Shown piece after piece: positions 50,293 through 60,591 of a DNA stretch of 64,000 bases (position 1 is the first letter of the stretch; every line of letters starts with the position of its first letter). Source of the stretch: an uncultured Gammaproteobacteria bacterium (GTDB taxonomy: Bacteria; Pseudomonadota; Gammaproteobacteria; Magnimaribacterales; TMED112); NCBI GenBank assembly GCA_913052565.1, contig CAJXFH010000002.1, forward strand, positions 39,324-103,323, written 5' to 3'. The position numbers were made by a program, and so were the translations under genes. A model generated the notes under the pieces. It was given only the letters and a program-made list of their open reading frames with translations, searched no databases and was not told the origin of the DNA.

Positions 50293-50778
50293 ATGAAGAT
50301 TGCGATTTATCCTGGATCTTTTGATCCTTTCACAAATGGTCACAAAGACATATTAAATAGAGCTTTAAAAATATTCGATAAAGTATATATTGCGGTTGTA
50401 AAAAACTCCTCAAAAAAATATCTTTTTTCGTTAGATGAAAGAGTCGCAATGATTGATCAATTATTTCATAAGAATGATGCTATCGAATGCATTGGTCTTG
50501 AATCAAAACTTACTGTTGATCTTGCTGATGAGCTGGGCGCAAAGGGAATTATAAGAGGTTTGAGAGCTGTATCTGATTTCGAGTATGAATTTCAGATAGC
50601 AAGTATTAATAGATCACAAAACTCTGAAGTTGAAAGCGTTTTTTTTACTCCTGATGAGAGTCTTACATTTATATCTTCAAGCATGGTTAAAGAATTGGCT
50701 TCATACAATGGAGATATAAGTGCATTTGTAGATGAGAGTGTGGCCGTCGCTTTAATGAAGAAAATATCTAATTCTTAA
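50293..50778 (+). CDS. coaD: Phosphopantetheine adenylyltransferase
   Basis: KIAIYPGSFDPFTNGHKDILNRAL...IIRGLRAVSDFEYEFQIASINR...SSSMVKELA. Confidence 0.97.
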   Translation: MKIAIYPGSFDPFTNGHKDILNRALKIFDKVYIAVVKNSSKKYLFSLDERVAMIDQLFHKNDAIECIGLESKLTVDLADELGAKGIIRGLRAVSDFEYEFQIASINRSQNSEVESVFFTPDESLTFISSSMVKELASYNGDISAFVDESVAVALMKKISNS

Positions 50779-51590
50779 ATCTTTTGACATTTCGGACAGA
50801 AATAAGTACTTCTATTGCTCTGAACAATCCGTTTAATTTTTGTTTTACATTTCTTGCAATTTTGTCCCTCGCAGTCATAAACATTCAATTTTATTTTGAA
50901 ATATCCTGGCTTTGAATCAGCATTATAATAATCATTTAATGTTGTTCCACCAGCCTTAATAGCTCTTTTAAGAATCTTTCTACTATTGGTAAGAATTTTG
51001 CTACATTCAGGTTTTGATATCTTTTTGCCTGTTCTTAAAGGGGAGATACATGAACTAAAAAGTATTTCTGACGCATATATATTCCCAATTCCCGAAATAA
51101 TTTTATGATTAAGTAGAATAGATTTGATGTTAGCTGACGATGTTCTCACCTTATTATAAAAGTACTGGTTAGTAGCTGCATTTTCAAAAGGATCAGGACC
51201 ATTATTATCTAAAAGATAGAAACCATCCCTTTTCTTAAAAATTTGAGCTAAACCAAATCTTCTTACGTCATTGAACACTAAGGAATTACCAGAGCTCAAT
51301 TTAAATATTAAATGATCATGTTTTTGAAAATTCTTTGATTTAGTCACTCTCAAATTGCCAGTCATGCCTAGGTGTATGAGAAGAGAATACCCATTTGAAA
51401 ATTCGATAGTTATGTACTTAGCACGTCTTTGAATCTCTATAATTTTCTTTTTCGTAATGAAGTCTAAAAGGTCAACATTAAAAGGTATTCTAAGTTTATT
51501 ATTTCTGATCTCTATCGATTTAAAATTCTTATCAGTGAGATATGGTTCTATCCCTCTCTTAGTGGTTTCAACTTCAGGTAATTCTGGCAC
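50775..51590 (-). CDS. mutM: Formamidopyrimidine-DNA glycosylase
   Basis: MPELPEVETTKRGI, IHLGMTG, GIGNIYASEILF, GGTTLNDY, C-terminal zinc finger CEGQNCKKCKTKIKRIVQSNRSTYFCPKCQ. Confidence 0.97.
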   Translation of the reverse strand: MPELPEVETTKRGIEPYLTDKNFKSIEIRNNKLRIPFNVDLLDFITKKKIIEIQRRAKYITIEFSNGYSLLIHLGMTGNLRVTKSKNFQKHDHLIFKLSSGNSLVFNDVRRFGLAQIFKKRDGFYLLDNNGPDPFENAATNQYFYNKVRTSSANIKSILLNHKIISGIGNIYASEILFSSCISPLRTGKKISKPECSKILTNSRKILKRAIKAGGTTLNDYYNADSKPGYFKIKLNVYDCEGQNCKKCKTKIKRIVQSNRSTYFCPKCQKI

Positions 51591-52916
51591 TTATTTAAAT
51601 TGTTTATTAAGCTCAACAACGTCACCGGGCTTCAAATTACCAATGGCTTGCTTATATTGCAGTGAAGTAATTATGAACCCATAAGTTGCTTGTGAAAGTG
51701 CGTTTTTTGATTCTGAGTAATTTTTTTCAGCTTGCAGAAGGTCGATAAGATTTCGGGAACTTAACTCATAGCCTAGTTTAGTTGCCTCTAGTGCATCCTT
51801 CGAACTGTCTACTGCTGCTCGAAGTGAAGATATATTCAACTCAGCTGTTCTGAGAGCTGTATGCAGACTTCGGATTTGTTGAACAATACCTCTTTCGACT
51901 AGGACTAGCTGTTCTTCGGTTTTTACTTCCTGAAGCAAAGCTTGCCTTCGTTGTGAATTATTTAGCCCAGAAGTAAAGAGAGGAACCGAAAATTGAATTG
52001 AAAAAATTCTATTTTCAGTTTCTTCTGGAATTGAAAATGGTAAATCTATGTTTGAATCTACACCATCGAATGTGTATTGTTTGGAAGTCCTTCTATTTGC
52101 ATTTGCATTAAGATCAATCTTGGGTAAAAAGTTGGAAGATTTAGATTTTGTATTTGCATCAGCAGCTTCTAATCTATTTTTAGCTTCTATGATCAAATAA
52201 TTTGTTATTAAACCTTTATTGACTTCGTCTTGCACATTTGTTCTTGGAGCTTTGAAATCTAATTCAGAATTTAAAGGTGTTATTAGTTTAACTTGTCTTC
52301 CAACAATTGAATTTAATTCCTCGAAACTTATATCAACATTTCCTTCAGCTTGAACACGATCAGATTCAGCTCTATTAAGCGCAGCCTTCGCCTCAGCTAA
52401 ATCAATTCTTGATACTGATCCAGACTCAAATCTTTGCTGGACTGAATCGTATTGATTACGAAGAGCCTTTTCTGTAGCTACTTTTGCTTCAAGGGTTGCT
52501 TTCGCAGAGAGGACATTGAAATATGCACCAGTTACCTTAATTATTAAATCTTGTTGTTGGTAAGCAAATCTTGCCTCAGCGGCTTGAAGATTCTCTTTCG
52601 CTTGTTTGTTAGCAAACCATTTGTCTAGCCTAAAGAGAGGTTGACTAAAATTCAGACCATAGGAAAAAGTATTATAGTCATTTTGTAATGACCTATCTTG
52701 ATAGTACTCATTCCAGTTTGTGCCTGCACTTGCCCTTAACTGTGGAAGTAGGTTTGATCTTGATTGTTTTAAAAATTCCTTAGAAATTTCTAGATCAGCT
52801 TTTTTAGAATTAAAATCAGGATCTTTCTCTAGTGCTTCTTTATATATAGATAAAAGATCATTTGAAAAAACTTCAAATGATAATGAAATTAATAATATTT
52901 TGATATAATTTTTCAT
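51591..52916 (-). CDS. tolC: TolC family outer-membrane channel protein
   Basis: DLLSIYKEALEKDPDFNSKKADLEISKEFLKQSRSNLLPQL...SVQQRFESGSVSRIDLAEAKA...LGYELSSRNLIDLLQAEKNY. Confidence 0.92.
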   Translation of the reverse strand: MKNYIKILLISLSFEVFSNDLLSIYKEALEKDPDFNSKKADLEISKEFLKQSRSNLLPQLRASAGTNWNEYYQDRSLQNDYNTFSYGLNFSQPLFRLDKWFANKQAKENLQAAEARFAYQQQDLIIKVTGAYFNVLSAKATLEAKVATEKALRNQYDSVQQRFESGSVSRIDLAEAKAALNRAESDRVQAEGNVDISFEELNSIVGRQVKLITPLNSELDFKAPRTNVQDEVNKGLITNYLIIEAKNRLEAADANTKSKSSNFLPKIDLNANANRRTSKQYTFDGVDSNIDLPFSIPEETENRIFSIQFSVPLFTSGLNNSQRRQALLQEVKTEEQLVLVERGIVQQIRSLHTALRTAELNISSLRAAVDSSKDALEATKLGYELSSRNLIDLLQAEKNYSESKNALSQATYGFIITSLQYKQAIGNLKPGDVVELNKQFK

Positions 52917-53007
52917 TCTTCTAGTAAGACAGTATTCTGCAATATTAGTGCAATTTAAACAACGATAAATTTTGAGACATAAAAGAATCTAATTCAAAAA
53001 TAAATTT

Positions 53008-53469
53008 ATGATTACGAAAAAAGACAAGAATGACGAACTTGCATTAACCTTGATTCCTAACAAATCATCATCGATAAATGAGAATTTCATTTTTTTTGGA
53101 TTTCTTTCAATTCTCTGTTTGACATTTGGCGTTGGTTTTTTTGTTTTAGGAGCAACAATGATTCTTCCTTTTGCAGGACTAGAAATAATTATATTAATCT
53201 TAGTTTTGAGAGCTAATAGAGTTTGGCTAAATCAAAGCGAAGAAATTCTCTTGAGCAAGCTATATGTAAAGCTAAAAAAAGGAAATAAGCACATGGTTTT
53301 CGACCGTTTTTTAGCAAAATTTTCAATCATTGAAGCAAATAATGTGAAGAAAGTATTCATAAGCACTAATAAAGATAAGGTAGAAATTGGATCTTTTTTG
53401 AATGAAGAAGATAAAGATATGCTTATAGATGAGCTTAAAAAGAAAGTATTAGAGCTAAATGTTTCTTAG
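53008..53469 (+). CDS. DUF2244-like membrane protein
   Basis: LTLIPNKSSSINENFIFFGFLSILCLTFGVGFFVLGATMILPFAGLEIIILILVL: two TMs then a beta-rich domain. Confidence 0.6.
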   Translation: MITKKDKNDELALTLIPNKSSSINENFIFFGFLSILCLTFGVGFFVLGATMILPFAGLEIIILILVLRANRVWLNQSEEILLSKLYVKLKKGNKHMVFDRFLAKFSIIEANNVKKVFISTNKDKVEIGSFLNEEDKDMLIDELKKKVLELNVS

Positions 53470-54678
53470 GTGCAAATCCAGCGATTCATACTTAGGTATA
53501 CCATTAATAAATGTAGGATAATTTTCGCCTTCAACTAAAGGAGCCAGGTAGTCTACTCCTTCTTTAGTTATCCTGAAACCGTCTTTGGATATGTAATCAT
53601 CAGGTAGGGTTTTTTCCTTGTTTGCTATCTCTTTTAAATCCCCTATCGATACCTTCCATTCATATGGGTTCTGATTGGTTCTTTCAATTATAGGCATGAT
53701 TCCCGATTTTCCTTCAGCAGCATAATTTACTGCAGCTTTTCCCAGAGCAATTGCCTGATTAATATCAATTTGTGATGCCAAGTGACGAGCACTTCTTTGC
53801 AAGTAGTCAGATACTGCCCAGTGGTGTTTATAACCGAGATTATCAGTTATTAAATTCGCAATTTTAGGTGCTAACCCACCTAACTGACTGTGTCCAAATG
53901 AATCTTTATTTGAAGAAGTTGTATAGAGCTCACCATCAGATGATTTTAAGCCTTCTGATGCAACTATTACTGCATAACCATAATTTTTGACATCTGAATC
54001 AACACCTTTCAAGAAACTTTTTTCATCAAATTTAACTTCTGGTAATAAGATTTTGTGTACATAGGTATTATTTTCGTCATTGGCTAATTCTGCAGATGCT
54101 GCTATCCAGCCAGCATGTCTTCCCATTACCTCTAAAACAAAAACTTTAGTTGACGTTTTGCACATCGATTTTATATCTAGAGATGCTTCTTTCGCCGATG
54201 TTGCAATATACTTTGCAACAGAGCCAAAACCTGGACAGTTATCTGTTTTAACAAGGTCATTATCTATAGTTTTAGGAATAGCAATTGCCTTCAGATCGTA
54301 ACCATATTTTTTAGCTGCTTCAGAAACTTTAAGACAAGTATCAGCAGAATCATTGCCGCCATTATAGAAGAAGTAACCAATGAATAATTTTTCCAATTGT
54401 TGAAATAAACTAGAGTAGAATTTCTCGTCGTCAATTTCAGGAAGTTTATATCTGCAAGAACCAAAAACTCCGCCAGGCGACTCAAGAAGTAACTCAAAAG
54501 GTTTTTGAGTCTTACTTAAATCGTAAACCTCACCTTCAAGCAAGCCAACTATACCGTTCTTACCAGCATATAAGTTTGCTCCAGAAAAACTTTTATTAAA
54601 TTTAGTAATCAATCCATATGCCGAGGAATTAATTACAGAAGTCACACCTCCAGATTGCGCATAGAATGCATTTTTCAT
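53455..54678 (-). CDS. Pyrophosphate-dependent 6-phosphofructokinase
   Basis: MKNAFYAQSGGVTSVINSSAYGL...FFYNGGNDSADTCLKV...IAIPKTIDNDL...VLEVMGRHAGWIAASAEL. GGNDS in place of the ATP-PFK GGDGS motif, plus PKTIDND, indicates PPi use. Start probably the internal ATG at 54678. Confidence 0.9.
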   Translation of the reverse strand: MKNAFYAQSGGVTSVINSSAYGLITKFNKSFSGANLYAGKNGIVGLLEGEVYDLSKTQKPFELLLESPGGVFGSCRYKLPEIDDEKFYSSLFQQLEKLFIGYFFYNGGNDSADTCLKVSEAAKKYGYDLKAIAIPKTIDNDLVKTDNCPGFGSVAKYIATSAKEASLDIKSMCKTSTKVFVLEVMGRHAGWIAASAELANDENNTYVHKILLPEVKFDEKSFLKGVDSDVKNYGYAVIVASEGLKSSDGELYTTSSNKDSFGHSQLGGLAPKIANLITDNLGYKHHWAVSDYLQRSARHLASQIDINQAIALGKAAVNYAAEGKSGIMPIIERTNQNPYEWKVSIGDLKEIANKEKTLPDDYISKDGFRITKEGVDYLAPLVEGENYPTFINGIPKYESLDLHLRNI

Positions 54679-54716
54679 CACACTTATCTTATACTCCATT
54701 TAATATAACTAAAAGT

Positions 54717-55955
54717 ATGAAAATATTTTTCTTAGGCATCTCAGGAACATTTATGGGTAATCTTGCCCAAATGGCTTGCCATCTAGGACACGAAGTTTCA
54801 GGCTGTGATGAAAAAGTTTACCCACCGATGTCGCATGCGCTATTAGAAGCAGGTATAGTTTTTTCGGAGGGTTATGTTGAGGAAAATTATCAACCCGCAG
54901 ATTTATACATAATTGGCAATACAATCTCTAAAAATAACCACTTATTACAAAAAATTTTGACTGAAAATAATGAGATTATCTCAGGACCTGACTGGCTTTA
55001 TCATAATGTTCTTAAAGAAAAAGAAGTCATTGCCGTATCGGGCACACATGGCAAAACTACAGTAACTTCCATGATTTCTCATATTTTGGATAAGGCTGGT
55101 TATGCTCCAGGTTATTTAATTGCAGGAGTGCCATTAAATAGTCAAAAATCCTGGTCAATTAGCAAAAGCAACTATTTTGTGATTGAAGCAGATGAATATG
55201 ACACAGCATATTTTGATAAAGGACCTAAATTTTTTCATTACAGACCGAACATTCTTTTAATTAATAATATTGAATTTGATCATGCTGATATTTATGAAAA
55301 TCTTGAGATGATCGAGGATAATTTCATTTCTCTTTTGGAAAAAATGAGTAATAAAGATGTAGCACACATAAATGAATATAAAGTTTCTGCAAGATTTAAG
55401 GATCTGATATTAAAAAGTCAAAAAATTAAGGCAAATATTAAATTTTTTAAAAGCGAAGCGCAGAATATAAATGCTGAGAATTTATGCGCTACAGTTAGCG
55501 TATTAAAACAAATAATTCCAGATGATGATGTTAATAAATTCCTTGGAAGCTATAAGGGCGTCAAAAGAAGATATCAAACCTTGTATGAAGATGATAATTT
55601 CAAATTAATTGATGATTTTGCCCATCATCCAACAGCAATAGCAGAAACACAAAAGATTGCTAAAAATGAGTCATCAAATATAGTTCAGATAATTGAACTT
55701 GGATCAAATTCAATGAGAAGCGGAATACATGATCAAAAACTTAAATCAATTTTTGCGAGCTGTGAGACATACACTATTAATGCCAGTAATGAGCAGAAAG
55801 AAAAATTCAAAGACGTAGCAAAAGAATTGCAACAGGAAGATATCTCTAAGATTTTATCTATTCATGCTGAACGTAAGCTGATACTTATGTGTGGAAACAA
55901 AAATTTTCAAGGTTTTCAAAAACTTATACTTGATATGCTCACTAAAAGTTTATAA
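54717..55955 (+). CDS. mpl: UDP-N-acetylmuramate:L-alanyl-gamma-D-glutamyl-meso-diaminopimelate ligase
   Basis: FFLGISGTFMGNLAQMACHLGHEVSGCDEKVYPPMS...AVSGTHGKTTVTSMISHILDKAG...FVIEADEYDTAYFDKGPKFFHYRPNILLINNIEFDHADIY. Confidence 0.95.
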   Translation: MKIFFLGISGTFMGNLAQMACHLGHEVSGCDEKVYPPMSHALLEAGIVFSEGYVEENYQPADLYIIGNTISKNNHLLQKILTENNEIISGPDWLYHNVLKEKEVIAVSGTHGKTTVTSMISHILDKAGYAPGYLIAGVPLNSQKSWSISKSNYFVIEADEYDTAYFDKGPKFFHYRPNILLINNIEFDHADIYENLEMIEDNFISLLEKMSNKDVAHINEYKVSARFKDLILKSQKIKANIKFFKSEAQNINAENLCATVSVLKQIIPDDDVNKFLGSYKGVKRRYQTLYEDDNFKLIDDFAHHPTAIAETQKIAKNESSNIVQIIELGSNSMRSGIHDQKLKSIFASCETYTINASNEQKEKFKDVAKELQQEDISKILSIHAERKLILMCGNKNFQGFQKLILDMLTKSL

Positions 55956-55964
55956 TTTCCGTAG

Positions 55965-56309
55965 ATGCCATCTAAAATCAAAACACCTAAAAGCATTGTC
56001 AAAAACTGCAAGAAATCACTAGAAGAGTTAAAGGCACTTGACATATGTTCTTTTGAAGTTGAAAAAATATCTTCTTTCACTTCATTTATTCTTATTGCCT
56101 CAGGAACTTCTAGTCGTCATATTCAGTCTATAGCAGATAAGGTTACAGAAAATCTTAAAGAAGAGAGTATTCAAATATTGGGTACAGAAGGAAAGGATTC
56201 TAAAGATTGGATTCTTATTGATGCTGGCGATGTTTTAGTAAATATTATGTCAGAAGAATCCAGAGAGCATTTTGATTTAGAATCATTATGGAATAGGGAT
56301 AACAAGTGA
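55965..56309 (+). CDS. rsfS: Ribosomal silencing factor RsfS
   Basis: SFTSFILIASGTSSRHIQSIADKV...GTEGKDSKDWILIDAGDVLVNIMSEESREHFDLESLW. Confidence 0.94.
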   Translation: MPSKIKTPKSIVKNCKKSLEELKALDICSFEVEKISSFTSFILIASGTSSRHIQSIADKVTENLKEESIQILGTEGKDSKDWILIDAGDVLVNIMSEESREHFDLESLWNRDNK

Positions 56310-56761
56310 ATATTTCAGTTATCTATATCAAACAAAATAAGTCAAATAATGCGGAAACTTTTGAACAACACTTTCTGAATAAGCTCGAAAAAAATAATTC
56401 AATCAAAATGATACCTATAAGCATTAAAAAAAAATTTAATTCCAGAGCACTGCAAATAGAAGAAGAGGGCAAGGCAATCGAGAAAAAACTTAAGCATAAA
56501 GAAGAACTAATCTGTTTTGACAAATCAGGCGAAACTATGAGTTCAGAAAAATTTTCTAAAATAATTTATCAGGAAGGTAGAAAAATTAATTTGATTATTG
56601 GCGGTGCGTTTGGTCTTTCAGAAGACTTAAAAAAAATGGCTAATAAGGTAATTTCGTTCTCTGATATGGAGTTTTCACATGAAGTTTTTCGTGTAATGTT
56701 GCTTGAACAAATATATAGAGCTAATTGTATCTTCTATAACCACCCATATCATCAAAATTGA
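56306..56761 (+). CDS. rlmH: 23S rRNA (pseudouridine1915-N3)-methyltransferase
   Basis: NLIIGGAFGLSEDLKKMANKVISFSDMEFSHEVFRVMLLEQIYRANCIFYNHPYH. Confidence 0.94.
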   Translation: MNISVIYIKQNKSNNAETFEQHFLNKLEKNNSIKMIPISIKKKFNSRALQIEEEGKAIEKKLKHKEELICFDKSGETMSSEKFSKIIYQEGRKINLIIGGAFGLSEDLKKMANKVISFSDMEFSHEVFRVMLLEQIYRANCIFYNHPYHQN

Positions 56762-58545
56762 AAGACAATAAAATACAAATCTACAGAGACAGAACAAAAA
56801 TTCTTCTGGGCCTATTTATTTCTCTTTTATTTATAGCCCTAACTAGATTCTTTTATCTTCAAATTATTGAGGGGAATGATTTGAGGGAATTAAGAGAACA
56901 AAATATTAATACATTTGAATATATTTACCCCAAAAGAGGAAGAATTCTTTCTAGTGATAATGTTGTTCTAGCAGAAGATAGAAAAATTTTCTCACTTGCA
57001 GTTGATTTAGAGCAGAAACCAAGTGAAGAAGCATTAATCTTGCTGACAAAACTTTTTCCTAAAAGGCTTGATTTAGATGAGCTTAGAAATAAGGTCTCAG
57101 AATCCTTGAGATATAGAAAATCACAAATAATTCTAGAGAAAATTGAACAAGCAGATTTAGCAAAAATTCTTGTGAGAAGCAGGGAGATTCGAGGATTTTC
57201 AATTATAGAAGGGTATGAGAGAGAATATAATTCGCATCCATCTATTTTTCATGTACTCGGACATATGGGCTATATCAACGAACCAGATATAAGCTACTTT
57301 ACACCTAAAATTGAAAACTTTAATCCGAAACTATGGCAAAAGGTTGGTAAATCAGGAATTGAGAGAGTCTATGAGGAAAAACTGCAAGGGAATCATGGAA
57401 AAAGATTTTTTCAGAGAAACGCTCGAGGCGATAGAAGAGTCACTACCAACCTTGCGCCTTTTCAAGAAGGGGATGAGCTAGAAATCTCAATAAATTTTTC
57501 AGCGCAAAAATTAGCTTTTGAGTTAATGCAGGAAAGAAAGGGTTCTGTTGTAGTTATTGATTTAGAAGATTTCAGTATTCCTGTTGCTATAAGCACGCCA
57601 TCTATAAGTGCAAATGATTTGAAAGATATCTCTACTGCCCAATACCAAGATTTATTAAATGATCCTTCAAGACCATTATTTAATCGAGCATTTATGGGCT
57701 TGTACCCTCCAGCATCAACTATTAAACCTTTGTTGACGGTACTTGCACTGAGTAATAAATATACGGATTGGGATGAAACCATATTAGACGACGGATTCTT
57801 TACATTTGAAGAAGAACAAAGAGTTTTCAATGCATGGAGAGAAGGAGGACATGGCATAACTGATTTAAAAAAGGCGCTTGTTGAGAGCTCAAACCCATTC
57901 TTTATGAACCTCTCAATAAGATATGAAAAAGAAGAGTTTGTTAATTTTTTAAGGTCCTCAAGTTTTGGTTCTAAGCTCTGTGAAGATTGTTATCCTCATC
58001 AATTTAGCCCTCTTATAGATGACAGTTGGAAATTTAAAAACTTTGGTAAAGAGTTATTTAAAGGTGATTTTATAAATCTTGGAGTTGGCCAGGGTTATAT
58101 GCTTACTACTCCCTTGCACCTATCTTTAATAGCTGGCATTCTTGCTAAAAAAGGTACTTATCAACTTCCACATATAGTCAAAAAAAATGAGACTATTCTG
58201 AAATTAAATAAAGATTTAAGTGAAGAGGATTGGAGCAAAGTTCATAATGCTTTAGTCGACGTAATCTATTCACCTAACGGAACCGGATATCGTATAAATG
58301 CTGGAGAATTAAATTTAGCCGGAAAAAGTGGTACAGCACAAGTTGTAGATATATCTTCAAGAGAAGAATATGACGAAGTTCGAAAGAATCCATTATTAAG
58401 AGATCATGCAGTTTTCATAGGCTTTGCACCTTATGACAACCCTCGTTATTCGATAGCAGTAATTGTTGAAAATGGTGAAAGTGGGGGTAGAACTGCTGGG
58501 CCAATTGCAAAGAAAGTAATTGAGGAACTTTTAGATGGTTTTTAA
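56758..58545 (+). CDS. mrdA: Penicillin-binding protein 2
   Basis: YPKRGRILSSDNVVLAEDRKIFSL, YPPASTIKPLL, SSNPFFMNLS, AGKSGTAQV. Confidence 0.95.
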   Translation: MKDNKIQIYRDRTKILLGLFISLLFIALTRFFYLQIIEGNDLRELREQNINTFEYIYPKRGRILSSDNVVLAEDRKIFSLAVDLEQKPSEEALILLTKLFPKRLDLDELRNKVSESLRYRKSQIILEKIEQADLAKILVRSREIRGFSIIEGYEREYNSHPSIFHVLGHMGYINEPDISYFTPKIENFNPKLWQKVGKSGIERVYEEKLQGNHGKRFFQRNARGDRRVTTNLAPFQEGDELEISINFSAQKLAFELMQERKGSVVVIDLEDFSIPVAISTPSISANDLKDISTAQYQDLLNDPSRPLFNRAFMGLYPPASTIKPLLTVLALSNKYTDWDETILDDGFFTFEEEQRVFNAWREGGHGITDLKKALVESSNPFFMNLSIRYEKEEFVNFLRSSSFGSKLCEDCYPHQFSPLIDDSWKFKNFGKELFKGDFINLGVGQGYMLTTPLHLSLIAGILAKKGTYQLPHIVKKNETILKLNKDLSEEDWSKVHNALVDVIYSPNGTGYRINAGELNLAGKSGTAQVVDISSREEYDEVRKNPLLRDHAVFIGFAPYDNPRYSIAVIVENGESGGRTAGPIAKKVIEELLDGF

Positions 58546-59611
58546 CTTAAGAAATTTCATAATCATATTCTCGCTAATAATTATCATATTAACTGGCGCT
58601 TTAACTATTTACTCAGTTACTTCTATCGATATTAACTATTTCATAAGGTTTCTGCTAATTAGTATTTTTGTAATCTTGTTAGTCGCAATTCTGTTTAATC
58701 AATTAAACCTAAATAGAATACTTTCATTTGGTTGGTTAGCATTTTTATTGAATATATTGCTTGTTTTAAGTGTAGAAATTTTTGGAGCTGAAATTAATGG
58801 GTCAAAAAGATGGCTGGATTTTGGTTTTTTGAGCCTTCAACCTTCAGAATTTATGAAAATCACATTTGCACTTTTTGCGATTCAGTATTTGCGATTTTAT
58901 AACTACAAATTTACACAGCTTAGGACACTTTTCTTAATTTTGGTCTTATTCATTTCAGCTATCCCAATAATAATTCAGCCTGATCTCGGTACTGGTTTGG
59001 TATATATAATGCTTGGACTTATGTTTTTATTCATTTGTGGAATGAATAAGAATTACTTCATAGCAATGGGAGTATTTGGGATATTGCTTTCTCCGATTAT
59101 TTATTCATTTGGATTAACAACTTATCAGAAGGGCAGAATTATTAGTTGGTTCTCGTCTGACCAAAATTTGTCTGAGAAGTGGAACATTTTACAGTCAGAA
59201 ATAAGTATTGGTTCAGGAGGTTTATTTGGTGAAGGTTTTTTGAATAGTAAGCAAAATGAGTTTAATTTCCTACCAGAAGCTGATACAGACTTTATTTTTT
59301 CAATATATGCCGAGCAATTCGGTTTTATAGGAGTATTTATAATTTTTTTAATGCTTGGTTGTTTTATATTTTTTACGACTCTCTTTACCATGACAGAAAA
59401 AAGACTTACAAGTGATTTGTCTCCGTACTATATTGGCACATATTGCACCTTAGTTATTGGTTTTAGTTTTTTGCTTAATATTCTTATGGTGAGTGGTTTA
59501 ATTCCAGTTGTTGGTCTCCCATTACCTTTTTTTACTAAGGGAGGCTCATCTTTGTTATGCTTTTCTATAATGATTGGTCTAATATTTTCTTCAAGAGGTT
59601 TCTTAAAATGA
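58535..59611 (+). CDS. mrdB: Rod shape-determining protein RodA
   Basis: Polytopic SEDS protein: LQPSEFMKITFALFAIQYL...IPIIIQPDLGTGLVYIMLG...EQFGFIGVF...GLIPVVGLPLPFFTKGGSSLLCFSIMIGLI. Confidence 0.95.
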   Translation: MVFNLRNFIIIFSLIIIILTGALTIYSVTSIDINYFIRFLLISIFVILLVAILFNQLNLNRILSFGWLAFLLNILLVLSVEIFGAEINGSKRWLDFGFLSLQPSEFMKITFALFAIQYLRFYNYKFTQLRTLFLILVLFISAIPIIIQPDLGTGLVYIMLGLMFLFICGMNKNYFIAMGVFGILLSPIIYSFGLTTYQKGRIISWFSSDQNLSEKWNILQSEISIGSGGLFGEGFLNSKQNEFNFLPEADTDFIFSIYAEQFGFIGVFIIFLMLGCFIFFTTLFTMTEKRLTSDLSPYYIGTYCTLVIGFSFLLNILMVSGLIPVVGLPLPFFTKGGSSLLCFSIMIGLIFSSRGFLK

Positions 59612-60591
59612 AAAAAATTCTTTTAACGTTATTCATTTCTCTAAACTTTTATCCTGCAGATCTAGATAGAGAAGATATTAAAGAATTTATTAAAATGGCT
59701 GAGGCTACTAGTGAGCTTACTGAACAGGAAATTATTACTTTTCTCCAAAATGCAGAGACCTCAGAGAGAGCTGTTACTGCAAGAAGTAATCAACCAGAAG
59801 TTAAAGCAACGTGGCAAAGATATAGAAATAGATACTTAACATCATCCAGAATAAATAATGGTGTTAAATTTTTGAAAGAACACGAAAAAATTTTTGATGA
59901 AGTAGAAAAAGATTTTGGTGTTTCAAGATTTTACATCGCTTCAATAATTGGGTGTGAGACAAATTACGGAAATTATTATGGTACCTATAATCCTTTAGAC
60001 ACAATTTTCACAAGAGCATTTGAGCCAAATAGTAAATTCTGGCAAAAAGAACTCATCCAGCTATTCTTATTATCTAAAAAATATAAATTAGACCCTAAAA
60101 AAATTAAAAGTTCTTGGTCAGGAGCTTTAGGTTTAGGCCAATTTATTCCATCTAGTTATAACTTTTATGGCGTGGATTATGATGGAGATGGTTTTATAGA
60201 TATGTATAACTCAAGGAAAGATGGAATTGCTAGCGTAGCAAACTATTTAAAAGAAAATGGTTGGCAGTCAGATGAAAAAGCCATAATCCAGAGAGCTGTT
60301 AACGAAAAATATCAAGGACTTGAAGATGAAGACATTATAGATTTGGATTTTTCTTTTGAGCTCAATAATTTTAGGACCATTATCAGTTCTAAGACAATGA
60401 AATCAGAAGGTTTTGATTTTATTGGTGATTATGATGATATTTCGCCCTTGTTAGTCTATGAGCAAGGCCAAACAAAATTATTTTTAGGATTTGACAATTT
60501 CAGGGTAATAACTAAATATAATCGAAGTAGCAAGTATGCTTTAGCAGTTCACCAGCTTGCAATGGAAATTTCGAAGAGATTTGATGAATAA
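59608..60591 (+). CDS. mltB: Lytic murein transglycosylase B-like
   Basis: FGVSRFYIASIIGCETNYGNYYGTYNPLDTIFTRAFEP...WSGALGLGQFIPSSYNFYGVDYDGDGFIDMYNSRKDGIASVANYLKENGW. Confidence 0.93.
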   Translation: MKKILLTLFISLNFYPADLDREDIKEFIKMAEATSELTEQEIITFLQNAETSERAVTARSNQPEVKATWQRYRNRYLTSSRINNGVKFLKEHEKIFDEVEKDFGVSRFYIASIIGCETNYGNYYGTYNPLDTIFTRAFEPNSKFWQKELIQLFLLSKKYKLDPKKIKSSWSGALGLGQFIPSSYNFYGVDYDGDGFIDMYNSRKDGIASVANYLKENGWQSDEKAIIQRAVNEKYQGLEDEDIIDLDFSFELNNFRTIISSKTMKSEGFDFIGDYDDISPLLVYEQGQTKLFLGFDNFRVITKYNRSSKYALAVHQLAMEISKRFDE